Below are positions 46,595 through 56,813 of a stretch of 64,000 nucleotides of DNA, piece by piece. Every line of letters starts with the position of its first letter. Within the stretch, counting starts at the first letter, position 1. Below the pieces are notes generated by a model. It was not told the origin of the DNA, searched no databases, and saw nothing but the letters and a program-made list of their open reading frames with translations. The translations under genes and the position numbers were made by a program. Origin of the DNA: Candidatus Effluviviaceae Genus I sp. (GTDB lineage Bacteria; Joyebacterota; Joyebacteria; Joyebacterales; Joyebacteraceae); NCBI GenBank assembly GCA_016867725.1, contig VGIX01000001.1, positions 99,575 through 163,574 of the forward strand, given 5' to 3'.

Positions 46595-47119
46595 CTAGCC
46601 GTCCTTCGCCGTCCAGTCGTACGGCACGCTCGGGTCGTGCGGGTCCACCCGGTACTCGTCCGGCGAGCCGTAGTCGTACGGCTCCGTCGGGCAGTTCACG
46701 AGGAACCCGGGCTCCGCGCCCACGGCCTTCATCCCGTGCAGCACGCCGGGCGGGATCGTGATGAGGAGCGGGTTCGTCTCGCCCATGAAGAACTCGTTGA
46801 CCTCGCCGCGCGTGGGCGAGTCGGGACGGTCGTCGTACAGCACGACCTTCACCATGCCCTTCACGATGACGAAGTAGTCGGTCTGCACCTTGTGGTAGTG
46901 CCACCCCTTCACGACGCCCGGATAGACGACCGACAGGTACACCTGCCCGAACTTCCTGAAGATCGCGTCGTCCGCCCTCAGCATCTCCATGAGGTACCCG
47001 CGCTCGTCCGGGATCGGCCGGAGCGCCTTGTGCTCCACGCCGTGGATGAGCCGCTTCGCCCTGACGCCGCTGGGGAGCCCCCGCGGCCCCGAGCCCGCGC
47101 CCCGGTTGTCGGCACCCAT
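46595..47119 (-). CDS. Cupin-fold sugar-nucleotide epimerase/isomerase (RmlC/WxcM/FdtA-like)
   Basis: 174 aa; KGWHYHKVQTDYFVIVKG cupin motif. Confidence 0.65.
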   Translation of the reverse strand: MGADNRGAGSGPRGLPSGVRAKRLIHGVEHKALRPIPDERGYLMEMLRADDAIFRKFGQVYLSVVYPGVVKGWHYHKVQTDYFVIVKGMVKVVLYDDRPDSPTRGEVNEFFMGETNPLLITIPPGVLHGMKAVGAEPGFLVNCPTEPYDYGSPDEYRVDPHDPSVPYDWTAKDG

Positions 47120-47128
47120 CGTACCTCC

Positions 47129-48456
47129 CTATCGTCCGCCGACGGGCGGTCTACCCCGGCCGACGCCCACGTAGACGAACCCGTACGGCTCGACGTCCTC
47201 CGGCCGGTAGACGTTCCGAAGGTCCACGAGCACGCGCTCGGCCATCGCGCGGCCCAGCCGCTCGAAGTCGAGCCGCCTGAACTCGTTCCACTCCGTCACG
47301 ATGACGAGCGCATGCGCCCCCACGGCCGCCTCGTGCCGGTCGCCGACGTACGTGACGTCCGGCAGGACGGCGCGCGCGTTCTCCATCGCCACGGGGTCGA
47401 ACGCCCGGACCGTCGCGCCCCGGGCGACGAGGCCGTCGGCGAGCACGATGGACGCCGCGTAGCGCATGTCGTCCGTGTTCGGCTTGAACGCAAGCCCGAG
47501 GAGCCCCACGGTCTTCCCGCGGACGTCCCCGCCCACGGCGGCGACGACCTTGTCCACCATGCGCTCCTTCTGCGACTCGTTGACCTCAACGGCCGCCCGC
47601 ACGACGCGCGCGTCCTCGCCGGCGGCCTCCGCGATGCGCACGAGCGCCTTCGTGTCCTTCGGGAAGCACGAGCCGCCGAACCCGGCTCCGGCGTGCAGGA
47701 ACTTCGAGCCGATGCGGTTGTCGAGGCCCATGGCATACGCGACGATGCGGACGTCGGCCCCGGTCCGCTCGCAGAGGTTCGCGATCTCGTTGATGAACGA
47801 GATCTTCGTCGCGAGGAAGGCGTTCGACGCGTACTTCACGAGCTCGGCGGTCTCGGGCGTCGTCTCGACGATCGGCGTGTGGATGAGGTACAGCGGCGCG
47901 TAGATGCCGCGGAGGAGCTCGAAGGCGCGCTCCGTGTCCGCGCCGACGACGACGCGGTCCGGGCGCATGAAGTCCTCGACGGCCGAGCCCTCGCGCAGGA
48001 ACTCCGGGTTCGACGCCACGTCGAACTCGTGCCGCGTCGTCTGGGCCTGCTCGATGATGGCGCGGATCCTCCGGGCGGTCCCGACCGGAACCGTGCTCTT
48101 CTGCACGACGAGCCGGTAGCCGGTCATGTGCCGGCCGATCGCGTGGGCCGCGGCGTCGACCTGCGACACGTCCACCGCGCCGCCCTCGCCCTCGGGGGTC
48201 CCGACCGCGATGAAGACGACGTCGTGCTCCCTCACCGCCTCCGCGAGGTCCGTCGTGAACGAGAGCCGCCCCTCGCGCACGTTCCGCACGACGACCTCCT
48301 GGAGCCCCGGCTCGTAGAAGGGGATGCCGCCCTCGCGCAGCCGCGCGATCTTCTCCCCGACCTGGTCGACGCAGACCACCTGGTTGCCGAGGTCGGCAAG
48401 GCCGGCGCCCCCCACGAGACCGACGTATCCCGTCCCGATCATCGCGATCCTGTGCA
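47129..48456 (-). CDS. ugd: UDP-glucose 6-dehydrogenase
   Basis: MHRIAMIGTGYVGLV Rossmann motif; catalytic GFGGSCFPKD; start at the internal Met 48454..48456. Confidence 0.9.
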
Positions 48457-48459
48457 TCG

Positions 48460-49275
48460 TCACTCCATCCCTAGAGGCGCGTCGGCGGTCCGCCGTGCGG
48501 CCGCGACCTCGATGGGGCCGACCGCGTCCGACGGCGCGCCGACGTATACGCTCACGTCGTCGCGCCCGGCGCGCGCCAGCGCCTCCGCGGCCGCCCCGAG
48601 CGCCAGGTCGGGCGTGTTGTTCCTGCGCGAGAGGTGCGCGAGCACGAGCGCGGAGAGCGGGCCGCCGGCCATCCGCTCGATCTCGCGCGACGCGGCGCCG
48701 TTCGACAGGTGCCCGGTGTCGGCGAGGATGCGCTGCTTCAGATGCCAGGGATACGGCCCGTCGAGCAGCATCCGCTCGTCGTGGTTGAACTCGAGCACGG
48801 CGCAGTCCGCGACCATGAGGTGCTCGCGGACCTCGTCCCCGACCGTTCCCAGGTCCGTCGCGACCGTCACGCGGCACGCGCCGTCGGAGACGGTGAACCC
48901 GACGGGCTCGGCGGCGTCGTGGCTCACGCCGAAGGCCGTGACCGAGAGGTCGCCGACGTCGAACGCGGCGCCCGGCGACACGGGCACTGCGCGGCACCCG
49001 CCGGTCATGAAGCGACCGATCTCGTCCAGCGTGCCTGGCGTGGCGTAGACGGGAATGTCCCCGTGCGCCCCGAAGGCCGGAAGCCCGCTCACGTGGTCGG
49101 AGTGACCGTGCGTGACGAGGACCCCGCTGACGGCGCGCGGCTCGGCGCCCGCGGCACGGACGGCCCGGGTCAGCCGGCGCGCCGAGATCCCGGCGTCCAC
49201 GAGGACGCGCGTGGAGCCCGAGTGCACGAGAAGCGAATTGCCGGAACTGCCGCTCGCCAGGAGCGTGATGCGCAT
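48460..49275 (-). CDS. MBL-fold metallo-hydrolase (YycJ/PhnP-like)
   Basis: MRITLLASGSSGNS..., HxHxDH motif THGHSDHVSG; start at the internal Met 49273..49275. Confidence 0.8.
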   Translation of the reverse strand: MRITLLASGSSGNSLLVHSGSTRVLVDAGISARRLTRAVRAAGAEPRAVSGVLVTHGHSDHVSGLPAFGAHGDIPVYATPGTLDEIGRFMTGGCRAVPVSPGAAFDVGDLSVTAFGVSHDAAEPVGFTVSDGACRVTVATDLGTVGDEVREHLMVADCAVLEFNHDERMLLDGPYPWHLKQRILADTGHLSNGAASREIERMAGGPLSALVLAHLSRRNNTPDLALGAAAEALARAGRDDVSVYVGAPSDAVGPIEVAAARRTADAPLGME

Positions 49276-49321
49276 CTGCGTCCCCGCGTGAGGTCCGCGG
49301 AATCCCGCGTGTCGGGGGGCG

Positions 49322-49618
49322 TCACCGCCCATCGCGCCCCCTGCCCCGTCCGTCGATGTACTGCGAGATGAGGCGCTCGAACCTGGCCTTGTAGATGACG
49401 TCGAAGCGGTCCATGAGATCGGGAATGAGCTCCTGGGCCTGCCGCCGCACGCGCTGCGCGAGGACGGTCGCCTCCTGCCGGTCGAGACGGCCGCCCCTGA
49501 TCTCCTCGCACGCGCTGTCCACAAGCTCGCGAAGTTGCGCAAGCTTGCCTTCCTCGTTCGCAAGGAGCTTCTCGATCTCGCCGTCGTCGACGTCGTGGTC
49601 AAAGGCCATGTGGGGCAC
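49322..49618 (-). CDS. Small hypothetical protein (98 aa, acidic, helical)
   Basis: ORF with coding-like composition upstream of the MBL hydrolase; no recognisable family. Confidence 0.4.
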   Translation of the reverse strand: MPHMAFDHDVDDGEIEKLLANEEGKLAQLRELVDSACEEIRGGRLDRQEATVLAQRVRRQAQELIPDLMDRFDVIYKARFERLISQYIDGRGRGRDGR

Positions 49619-49697
49619 GCTCCGGGCTCCGTGTCGTCCGCGATGGGGTTCCGAATTCTGCGATTGTAGGACGGCGCCGTGCGCAGCGTCAAGCGGC

Positions 49698-49727
49698 TTG
49701 ACAGCCGTCCCGGCCGGGTCGTAGCCT
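49698..49727 (+). promoter_or_regulatory. Putative sigma70-like promoter for the plus-strand gene pair (TTGACA, 18 nt, TAGCCT)
   Basis: -35 TTGACA 49698..49703 and -10 TAGCCT 49722..49727, about 65 nt upstream of the GAGGAGG RBS and GTG at 49792. Confidence 0.3.
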
Positions 49728-49791
49728 CAAACGCAGCGGGGCAGGGTGCCACCTCGGCGACCGCGCGCCCCTTGAGAACGAGGAGGCCGGC

Positions 49792-49980
49792 GTGAGATTC
49801 GCGTCGTTCGTGCTTGCCGCCGCGGCAGCGGTGGCGCTTGCGCTCTCGGTCGTTGTCAAGCTGGCTGGAGGCAGGTTCGTCCTGGGCATCGCGCCGACGA
49901 CGCTCTGGAGGCTCTCGCTCTCCCTGCTGGCGTTCGCCATCTACGCGGTGCTGTACAGCCAATCGCGCCGGGCGGCCTGA
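49792..49980 (+). CDS. Small hydrophobic membrane protein (62 aa), GTG start
   Basis: RBS GAGGAGG 5 nt upstream of GTG; two predicted TM helices; ends 19 nt before the downstream gene. Confidence 0.45.
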   Translation: MRFASFVLAAAAAVALALSVVVKLAGGRFVLGIAPTTLWRLSLSLLAFAIYAVLYSQSRRAA

Positions 49981-49999
49981 GCGGCGCAAGGGAGCGACG

Positions 50000-52252
50000 A
50001 TGCGTGGACTCATGGCCCGCGTGCTGGCCGTGACGGAGCGATTCGAAGACGCGCGCGTGAGCCTGGGAGCGTGGCTGCTCGGGCTCGTGTCGATCGTCGC
50101 GGTCCGGCACTTCCTCGAGCAGCTCGCGGGCGGCCGGAAGATCCTCTACTTCCTCGCCTACTTCCTGCACTACCCGCTGGCCTACGTCGCGCCGCTCCTT
50201 GGGCTCACGATCGTGCTCGCGGCGTTCGCGCGAGAGAGGGCCGACCGGGTCATCAGGCTCATGCTCTTCGCGTGGCTCCTCACGCTCCTGCCGCCGCTCC
50301 TCGACATGCTCGTCTCGCGCGGCGCGCCGGCGCCGGAGATCATCGGCTATCTCATCCCGAGGACGGGCACGCTGGGCCAGGCGTTCCTGAACCTCTGGAA
50401 CCCGTTGTACAAGGGCTTCCAGGGCCCGACCGCCGGCATCCGGATCGAGGCGGCCATCGGATGCGTCCTGGCCGCCTGCTACGTCCACCTGAAGACGAGG
50501 AGCGCGCTCAGGGCCGCCGCGGCGTTCGTCGCGATCTACGTCACGATGTTCTTCTTCTTCGCGCTGCCGGCGCTCGTCCTGGCCGTCGTTCGGATCTTCG
50601 GGGCGGACGTCGACGGCGTGCAGCGGCTCTTCTTCACGTCCGGGGCCGTGCACCGCGCCTACGCGGGGGCTCAGCCGTACGCGCTCTCGGACCTCTCGAG
50701 CGCGCTCGTGGACCTCTTCGTGACCGTCCCGCTCCTCGCCGTCTGGTGCCGGATGGCGGCTCCTGAGAGGTTCAGGTCGGTGGCGCGCCTGTTCGACCCC
50801 TTCGCCGCGGCCGTCCACGCGGCGCTCGCCGCGCTGGGCATCGCGCTTGCCCGGGGCGTCGTCGTGAGAGCGTTCGGGACGCCGGCCGTCACGCACCCGT
50901 TCGACCCGCTCGCGCTCGCAGGCATCGTCGTCGCCGCGGCGCTCATGCAGCCCGCGGCCGCCGCGATGGCGGCCGCCCACGCCGACGGCGACCGCCCCGC
51001 GGGTCAGCGCGAGGCGACCGCGGCCGACGGCGCCATCCTCTTCACCCTCGCCGCGCTCTTCGCGCTGAGCGTGAGCTACGTCGCCCTCACGTACGTGCTC
51101 GGGGTCGGCGCCGCGTGCGCCCTGCGCCACGCGCGGCCGTTCCGCCTGAGCCGCATCGTGCCGGCGTCCGCTCTCCTTGCGGGCGGGCTCGCCGTCTTCC
51201 TCGTCCAGCTCGGCTACGCGTCGTACGCCGGGGCGTCCGCCACGCTGTGGATGCCCCGAAGCGTCGTCGCCGCGGTGTTCGCCGCGGGCGCGCTCGCCGC
51301 GGCCGCCGCGGCCCTCCTGGGCCGCCGCCGCGCGGTGCCCGCAGGGCTCCGCGCGGCCGCCGTCGTCGGCGTGGCGGCCGCGGCCGTGTGGGCCTCGGGC
51401 GACCATCCCCGCCTCCGCGACGAGCTGCGGGGCACCGACTTCCCGAGGGTGGTGGCGGCGCGGAGGAGCGCCCCGGAGGCCGGATCGCCGGCCACCGCCG
51501 CGATGAGCGAGGGGCTTTCCCTCATGCAGCGCGGCGACATCGCGGGCTCGGCCGCCGCGTTCAGGCGCGCGATCGAGGCCGACCCCGAGTACGCCCCGGC
51601 CTACCTGGCGGCGGGCGGGGCGTACGTGAGGCTCGGGCGGGCCACCGAGGCGGCTCGCTCGTTCAGGAGAGCGCTCGCGCTCGATCCCGGGAACACGCGG
51701 GCGCGCATCGGCATCGCGCAGGCGCACATGCTGCACGCGAGGGCGGACAGCGCGATCGCCGTCCTCGACCGCGCCATCGAGCTGGACCCGCGCAGCGCCG
51801 AGGCCGCGTACACGCTCGCGTGCGTCTACCTCGAGACGCGCGACCTGGAGAAGGAGAGGCGCGCGCTCGAGAGGACGGTCGCCGCGGACCCCGCGCACAG
51901 CCTCGCGCAGGACCGGCTCGGCGACATCCGCATGGGCGAGAGGAGGTACGCCGAGGCCGTTGAGGCCTACAAGGCGGCCATCCTCGGGCAGATGCCCGTG
52001 CAGCACGCGCACTCGAAGCTCGCGCGCGCCTACCACGCGCTCGGCGAGCTCGACAGGGCCGTCGACGCGATGCGCAAGGAGATCCTCGCCTCGCCGAGGA
52101 TGGCGTCGCCGCACGCGGTGCTGGCCGGGCTCCTCGCGGAGCAGGGCAACACGGACGAGGCGCGCCGCGAGTACGAGACGGCGCTCTCGCTCACGAACGA
52201 CGGCGACCTCCGGGCGCTCTTCCAGAGGGAACTCGACAAGCTCCGGCGGTAG
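50000..52252 (+). CDS. Polytopic membrane protein with C-terminal TPR-repeat domain (PMT/TMTC-like architecture, inference)
   Basis: RBS AAGGGAG then ATG at 50000; about 12 TM helices over about 480 aa, then about 250 aa of TPR repeats (AAFRRAIEADPEYAPAYLAAGGAY...). Confidence 0.7.
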   Translation: MRGLMARVLAVTERFEDARVSLGAWLLGLVSIVAVRHFLEQLAGGRKILYFLAYFLHYPLAYVAPLLGLTIVLAAFARERADRVIRLMLFAWLLTLLPPLLDMLVSRGAPAPEIIGYLIPRTGTLGQAFLNLWNPLYKGFQGPTAGIRIEAAIGCVLAACYVHLKTRSALRAAAAFVAIYVTMFFFFALPALVLAVVRIFGADVDGVQRLFFTSGAVHRAYAGAQPYALSDLSSALVDLFVTVPLLAVWCRMAAPERFRSVARLFDPFAAAVHAALAALGIALARGVVVRAFGTPAVTHPFDPLALAGIVVAAALMQPAAAAMAAAHADGDRPAGQREATAADGAILFTLAALFALSVSYVALTYVLGVGAACALRHARPFRLSRIVPASALLAGGLAVFLVQLGYASYAGASATLWMPRSVVAAVFAAGALAAAAAALLGRRRAVPAGLRAAAVVGVAAAAVWASGDHPRLRDELRGTDFPRVVAARRSAPEAGSPATAAMSEGLSLMQRGDIAGSAAAFRRAIEADPEYAPAYLAAGGAYVRLGRATEAARSFRRALALDPGNTRARIGIAQAHMLHARADSAIAVLDRAIELDPRSAEAAYTLACVYLETRDLEKERRALERTVAADPAHSLAQDRLGDIRMGERRYAEAVEAYKAAILGQMPVQHAHSKLARAYHALGELDRAVDAMRKEILASPRMASPHAVLAGLLAEQGNTDEARREYETALSLTNDGDLRALFQRELDKLRR

Positions 52253-52258
52253 AACGAA

Positions 52259-52286
52259 GCGGGGCGGCTCACGCGAGCCGCCCCGC
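52259..52286. terminator. Bidirectional intrinsic-terminator-like hairpin between convergent genes
   Basis: Perfect inverted repeat GCGGGGCGGCTC-acgc-GAGCCGCCCCGC (12-bp stem), 7 nt after the plus-strand stop and 29 nt after the minus-strand stop. Confidence 0.6.
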
Positions 52287-52314
52287 CGTCGAACGCCGAT
52301 CCCCTTCGCAGACC

Positions 52315-54642
52315 CTACCTGATGAGCACGAGCTTCGCCGTGGACTCACCGTCCGCGCAGGCGACCCTGGCGAAGTACACCCCGGTCGCCACCTCAAGCC
52401 CCCGCTCGTCGCGACCGTCCCACACGGACTCGTGGGCGCCGGCCGGCCTGATCTCGCCGTCGAGCAGCGTCCGCACGAGCCGCCCGGACACGTCGTACAC
52501 CGCCAGGCGGACCTGCGTCTCCATAGGCAGGACGTAACGGACGCCGGTCCCCGCGCTGAAGGGGTTCGGATGCCCCGAGAGCGCGATCCTGCTCCGCTCC
52601 GTCCCCTCCCCCGGCACGCCGGCGGACGGCGCGTCGCGCGAGATCTGCACGTCGTCCACGTACCAGCCGTCCCGCGTGATCCAGCTGTCGGAGGTCAGGG
52701 CGAAGCGCACCTTGAACTGGCTCGTGGCGTACGCGGTGACGTCGAACGAGACCTCCGTCCACGCCGACTGCGTTCCGCTGTACGAGGCCACCTGCGTCCA
52801 GCTCGACCCGTTGTTCGCGCTCACGGAGACGCGGCAGAGGTCGTAGCCCGACTCCGTGTCGTAGCGGTGCCAGAAGGACAGGGTCGCGCTCGACGCGCCG
52901 CCCAGGTCCACGGGGCTGCCGAGCGTCATGACGATGTTGGCGTTGTTGCCGTAGTTGCCGCTCGGGCTGTCGGTCATGCTGGACGACGGGCTGTGGAACT
53001 GGCCGGTCGTGAGCCCCCACGCGCCGGTCCACCGCGACAGGCCCGACTCGAGGTCGTCGTAGAAGACGGGACTCGGGAGCAGGAAGCTCTCCGTCACGGT
53101 CGTCCCGTAGACGACCTGGACACCCGCCCGCGTGACCGTGGAGTAGCCCGCCTTCGTCACCCGCATGTCGTGCGCGCCGACGGGGACGTGGTTGATCTCG
53201 TAGTAGCCCGTCACGGGATCCGAGACCGCGGAGTATCCCCCGATGTCCGTGACCGTCACGGACGCCGAGAGAGGGTTCATGGTCTGATCGAACACGTAGC
53301 CGGCGATCGTTCCGCGGGGCGGCGGCTCGAGCGCGAAGTTGACCACGACGAACGTGTCGAGGTTCGCGACGACGTTGTACACGGTCTGGCTCTGGTACTC
53401 CGGCGCGCTCGCCGTCACCGTGTAGGTGCCCTGCTGGACCATCCTGTGGTAGTCCCCGACCGCCGGGTCGGTATACACGTCCTTCCCGATCTGCGGGATG
53501 CTGATCGTGGCGTAGAGCGGCTCGCCCGTCCCGGCGTCGGTCACGATGCCCCTGATGCCCTTGCCCGATTTCCGCGCCTGGTACAGCATCGCCGGGATGT
53601 TCGCGTTCACGATGCCGTCGATGTTCGAGGCCGGCGGGTTCTTCGAGGTCGAGACCTCGATGGTCGTCGCGATCTCGCCGCGCTGGTCGTAGCACCAGTC
53701 CTGGCAGGTGCCCTTGGCGACGTACCAGTCGGCCCCGTTCGTCACCGGGAGCCCGCTCCGCGACCCGTACCCGTTCGACAGCGTGATGATCATCGGCTCG
53801 TCGGGGGTCGGGTCGTACGAGTAGTCCCAGAGGTAGTTGACGTACACGGCGCCCGAGTGGAACTGGAGCGACGTCACGGGGTTCATGCCGACGCAGAAGT
53901 CCCTCAGGGCCTGCGTCTCCGGGGCGGAGAACGCCGAGCCGGCGTTGCTCCCGTCCGGGCAGAGGTAGTTGCGGTTCAGGTCTGTGCCTTGCGCGTTGTA
54001 CCGCGAGCCGTTCGTGTGGCCGTCCGGGTTGATCATCGGGATGACCCAGAACTCCCGGTTGTTCACGAGCCAGGTCACCTGCGGGTTCGTCCCGTGGTTC
54101 TCGAGCAGGTACTTCGCCGCGTAGTAGCAGGTCTCGACGGAGATGGTCTCGTCGCCGTGATGGGCCCCCACCCAGACGATCTCCGGCTCGGCCTCCTCGA
54201 TCCCCGGGTTGTCCGTGATCTTGAGGGCCCAGAGCTCGCGGCCCTGCACCGATCGCCCGATCGAGATGAGCTCGGTGATGGACGGATAGGCCGCGTGCCA
54301 CGCGGCGAGGTCGGCCGTGATCGCGCTGTAGTTGTGGTACACGCCGCGGTACGGGGCGCTCTGCGCGAGGAACGCGTCGCGCATGTTCTCGACCACGACG
54401 CGGGGCCGGAAGCCGTTCGCCCACAGCGCCTCGATCTCACCGGGGACGGCGGCGATCTCGGCGACCCCGTCCCGCACGTTCATGATGTCCATCCCAAGCT
54501 CGTTGAGCCTGTGGATGTCCGCGCGCGAGTAGACGTCCACCTCGACGACCGCGGCGTCGTCCCTCGGATACGCCGCCGCGCCGGTCGCGAACACCAGCGC
54601 GGTCATGAGCACAGCAAGGCATGTCGCGCTCCGGAGCACCAT
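52315..54642 (-). CDS. M14-family zinc carboxypeptidase with T9SS C-terminal sorting domain
   Basis: Signal peptide; HxxE zinc motif (GAHHGDE), NPDG, NRNY; C-terminus ...VRLAVYDVSGRLVRTLLDG...HESVWDGRDERG...GVYFARV...TAKLVLIR matches the Por-secretion tail pattern. Confidence 0.8.
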   Translation of the reverse strand: MVLRSATCLAVLMTALVFATGAAAYPRDDAAVVEVDVYSRADIHRLNELGMDIMNVRDGVAEIAAVPGEIEALWANGFRPRVVVENMRDAFLAQSAPYRGVYHNYSAITADLAAWHAAYPSITELISIGRSVQGRELWALKITDNPGIEEAEPEIVWVGAHHGDETISVETCYYAAKYLLENHGTNPQVTWLVNNREFWVIPMINPDGHTNGSRYNAQGTDLNRNYLCPDGSNAGSAFSAPETQALRDFCVGMNPVTSLQFHSGAVYVNYLWDYSYDPTPDEPMIITLSNGYGSRSGLPVTNGADWYVAKGTCQDWCYDQRGEIATTIEVSTSKNPPASNIDGIVNANIPAMLYQARKSGKGIRGIVTDAGTGEPLYATISIPQIGKDVYTDPAVGDYHRMVQQGTYTVTASAPEYQSQTVYNVVANLDTFVVVNFALEPPPRGTIAGYVFDQTMNPLSASVTVTDIGGYSAVSDPVTGYYEINHVPVGAHDMRVTKAGYSTVTRAGVQVVYGTTVTESFLLPSPVFYDDLESGLSRWTGAWGLTTGQFHSPSSSMTDSPSGNYGNNANIVMTLGSPVDLGGASSATLSFWHRYDTESGYDLCRVSVSANNGSSWTQVASYSGTQSAWTEVSFDVTAYATSQFKVRFALTSDSWITRDGWYVDDVQISRDAPSAGVPGEGTERSRIALSGHPNPFSAGTGVRYVLPMETQVRLAVYDVSGRLVRTLLDGEIRPAGAHESVWDGRDERGLEVATGVYFARVACADGESTAKLVLIR

Positions 54643-54719
54643 GGACCTCCCTCAAGGACCGGCCCCGGACGGCAGCGCCCGGAGGCACCGTGCCCCCGGG
54701 CGCCCGCCGCCGCTCTCGT

Positions 54720-56726
54720 CTACTTCAGAAGCGCCATCTTCGTCGTGCGCGTCTCGCCGGCCCCCGAGAGCCGCGCGAAGTACACGCCGGACGCCAGCGC
54801 GCGACCGCCGTCGTCCGTCCCGTCCCACGCGATCGCGTGCGGCCCGGCGGCAAGATCACCGTCCACGAGCGTGCGCACCGCGCGGCCGTTCACGTTGTGC
54901 ACGGCCAGCGTCACGCGGCCCGCGTCGGCCGGCACGGTGAAGGCCAGCGTCGTCGTCGGGTTGAACGGGTTCGGGAAGTTCTGCCTGAGCGCGAGCGTCG
55001 TGACCGGCGGCGTCTCGGGCACGCCGGTCGGGATCGGCCCGAACCAGTGCAGGATGCGGTTCATGAGCGTCCGCTGGTTGTTCGGGTCGGCCGCGGCCGT
55101 CTTCACGCACTCGAACGGGAACGACGTGAACACGACGCGGTGGCCGCGGCCCGCGGCCTTCAGCGCCTTGATGCCGTTCGCGGCCGTGAAGATGCCGTCG
55201 GCGGACGCGTTGAGTTCAACGCTCTCGCTCCCCGACACCGAGAACGGCCCGCCGGTGATCCCGAGGGACATCCCGTCGGAGATCGGATCCCCAGCCACGC
55301 CCGTCATAATGAAGCCGCCCGTGTTGTTCGACCACGAGGCGATGTGCAGGTAGTCGCTGGTGAAGGTCGTCGCCCCGGTGCGGCTGCTCAGATACCCCAT
55401 GCTCGAGAGGAACAGGTTCCCGCCGCCGTCCAGGTACGCGGCCATCGCGGCTTCGTTTGCCGCGTTGATGGCCGACCCGTCGGTGTTGGCGGTCGTCCAG
55501 AAGACCGCCCAGAAGTCGTTCAGGAGGAGCTGCAGCGGTCTCCCCTTCGCGCTCGCGTCCCACACGAGCGGCGTGTACCCGTTGTCGAGGACGGCCTGCC
55601 TGAGGTGGCTCTCGTACGAGGCACCTCCGTCGTCGTCCACGATGAGGATGGACGGGAGGTCCACGAACACGCCGAACGACGCGCTGGCCGTCTTCAAAGC
55701 GTTGGTTCTACTCGTCGCCGTCAGCGTCGCGGTCCCGAGCCCCCGCACGGTGCCGATGAAGTCCGAGATCTCCACGGAGAACCGCTTCTCCTCGCCTGCC
55801 TCGAAGTGGTAGGTCTGCGCCGTGATCCAGCACACGTCGTCCGGATCACACGCGATCGCGAGCCACTCGTATGGGCCGACCTCAGGCGGGAAGACCGACG
55901 AGAGGCTGACCCTGATCGAGTCGGCCACGGTGCCGGTGTTCTTGATCTTCGCGAAGAACTTCCTGCTCTCGAGGTATCCCATCTCCGCGGCGTACGATTC
56001 GGGCGACATGCCCACGCCGTACGGCTCGCGCATGCACTGCGCGTTCACGATGAGCCGCGGCGACTCGACCTTCTCGATGAACGCCGCAATCCACACGTTC
56101 GCGTGGTTCCACGACGAACTCAGGACAAGGCTACGGTAGACGGTCACCGAGTCGCCGACGGCCGAGAGCGTCACGTTCTCCGTCGGCAGCATCTTGCGCA
56201 CCGTCCATGGGTAGTCCGTCCCGATGTTCTCGTACACGACGAACTGGGCGCGGAGCGGACCGAGAGTGTGAGGTTCGACGGCCTTGAACGTGGCCTCGAT
56301 CCACGTCGTCCCGGGGTCGTCCACCACGAGGCCCTTCGTCCTCATGACGATCGGCGTCGAAGCTGCCTTTCGGGCCGCGTAAATGGGTTCGTAGGTATCG
56401 CGCACGGTCGAACCCGCTCCGATGACCTCGACCACCGAGTCCCAGTCGACCTCGGGGATGCCGCCCACCCCGTAGTAGGTGGCGCGCGCCTGCGTCTCGG
56501 TCGTGGAGTAGGCGTCGTTCAGGTGGTAGTAGAGGACGACGAGGTTGTCCTTGCCGTAGTCGTTCTGCATTGCCTGGAGCGCCGCACGGGCGTTCGGGCA
56601 GTACCCTCACCACGTGGCCCCGAACAGCTCCGCGAGGACCGCCCGCTCCGCCGGCACGGCCGTCACCGCGCCGCCGAGCAGCAGGGCCGCTGCGAGTCCG
56701 ATCATCGCCGAACGCTTCATCGTCAT
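54720..56726 (-). CDS. Predicted selenoprotein: secreted thioredoxin-fold protein with a UxxC motif (Sec40 encoded by TGA 56607..56609), central domain of unknown function, and a T9SS C-terminal sorting domain
   Basis: ATG 56724..56726 with RBS GGAAGGGAGA. Signal peptide MTMKRSAMIGLAAALLLGGAVTA, then ...AVLAELFGATW-U-GYCPNARAALQAMQNDYGKDNLVVLYYH... read straight through the TGA. The downstream paralog aligns as ...VVLAELLTTRP-C-ANCPNAEAGLHTVLGEYGAGNLCVIAYH..., with a Cys at the TGA position. The C-terminus QNFPNPFNPTTTLAF...LAVHNVNGRAVRTLVDG...AIAWDGTDDGGRALASGVYFARL...TTKMALLK is a T9SS sorting domain. The ORF track called only 54720..56570. Confidence 0.8.
56560..56609 (-). other. In-frame UGA (Sec) codon 56607..56609 and GC-rich region downstream in the mRNA that may hold the SECIS
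   Basis: mRNA: UGA GGGUACUGCCC GAACGCC CGUGC GGCG CUCCAGGC; short GC stems within 40 nt of the UGA. Confidence 0.4.
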
Positions 56727-56813
56727 GGTCTCCCTTCCTGGCGATGCGTTGGCCTTCTCTCGGGGTTCCGGCGCCGTGTGCGTGGGGTGTCGGCATCCCC
56801 GCTCTCGTGCCTG

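Noticed and set aside
56607-56609. Reading the TGA as a genuine stop, with an independent 39-aa signal-peptide ORF and a downstream protein starting at MQNDYG (56570)
   Set aside because: Residues on both sides of the TGA align continuously with the adjacent CxxC paralog, with the TGA at the Cys position. There is no RBS before the 56570 ATG. A secreted T9SS cargo protein would then lack a signal peptide.
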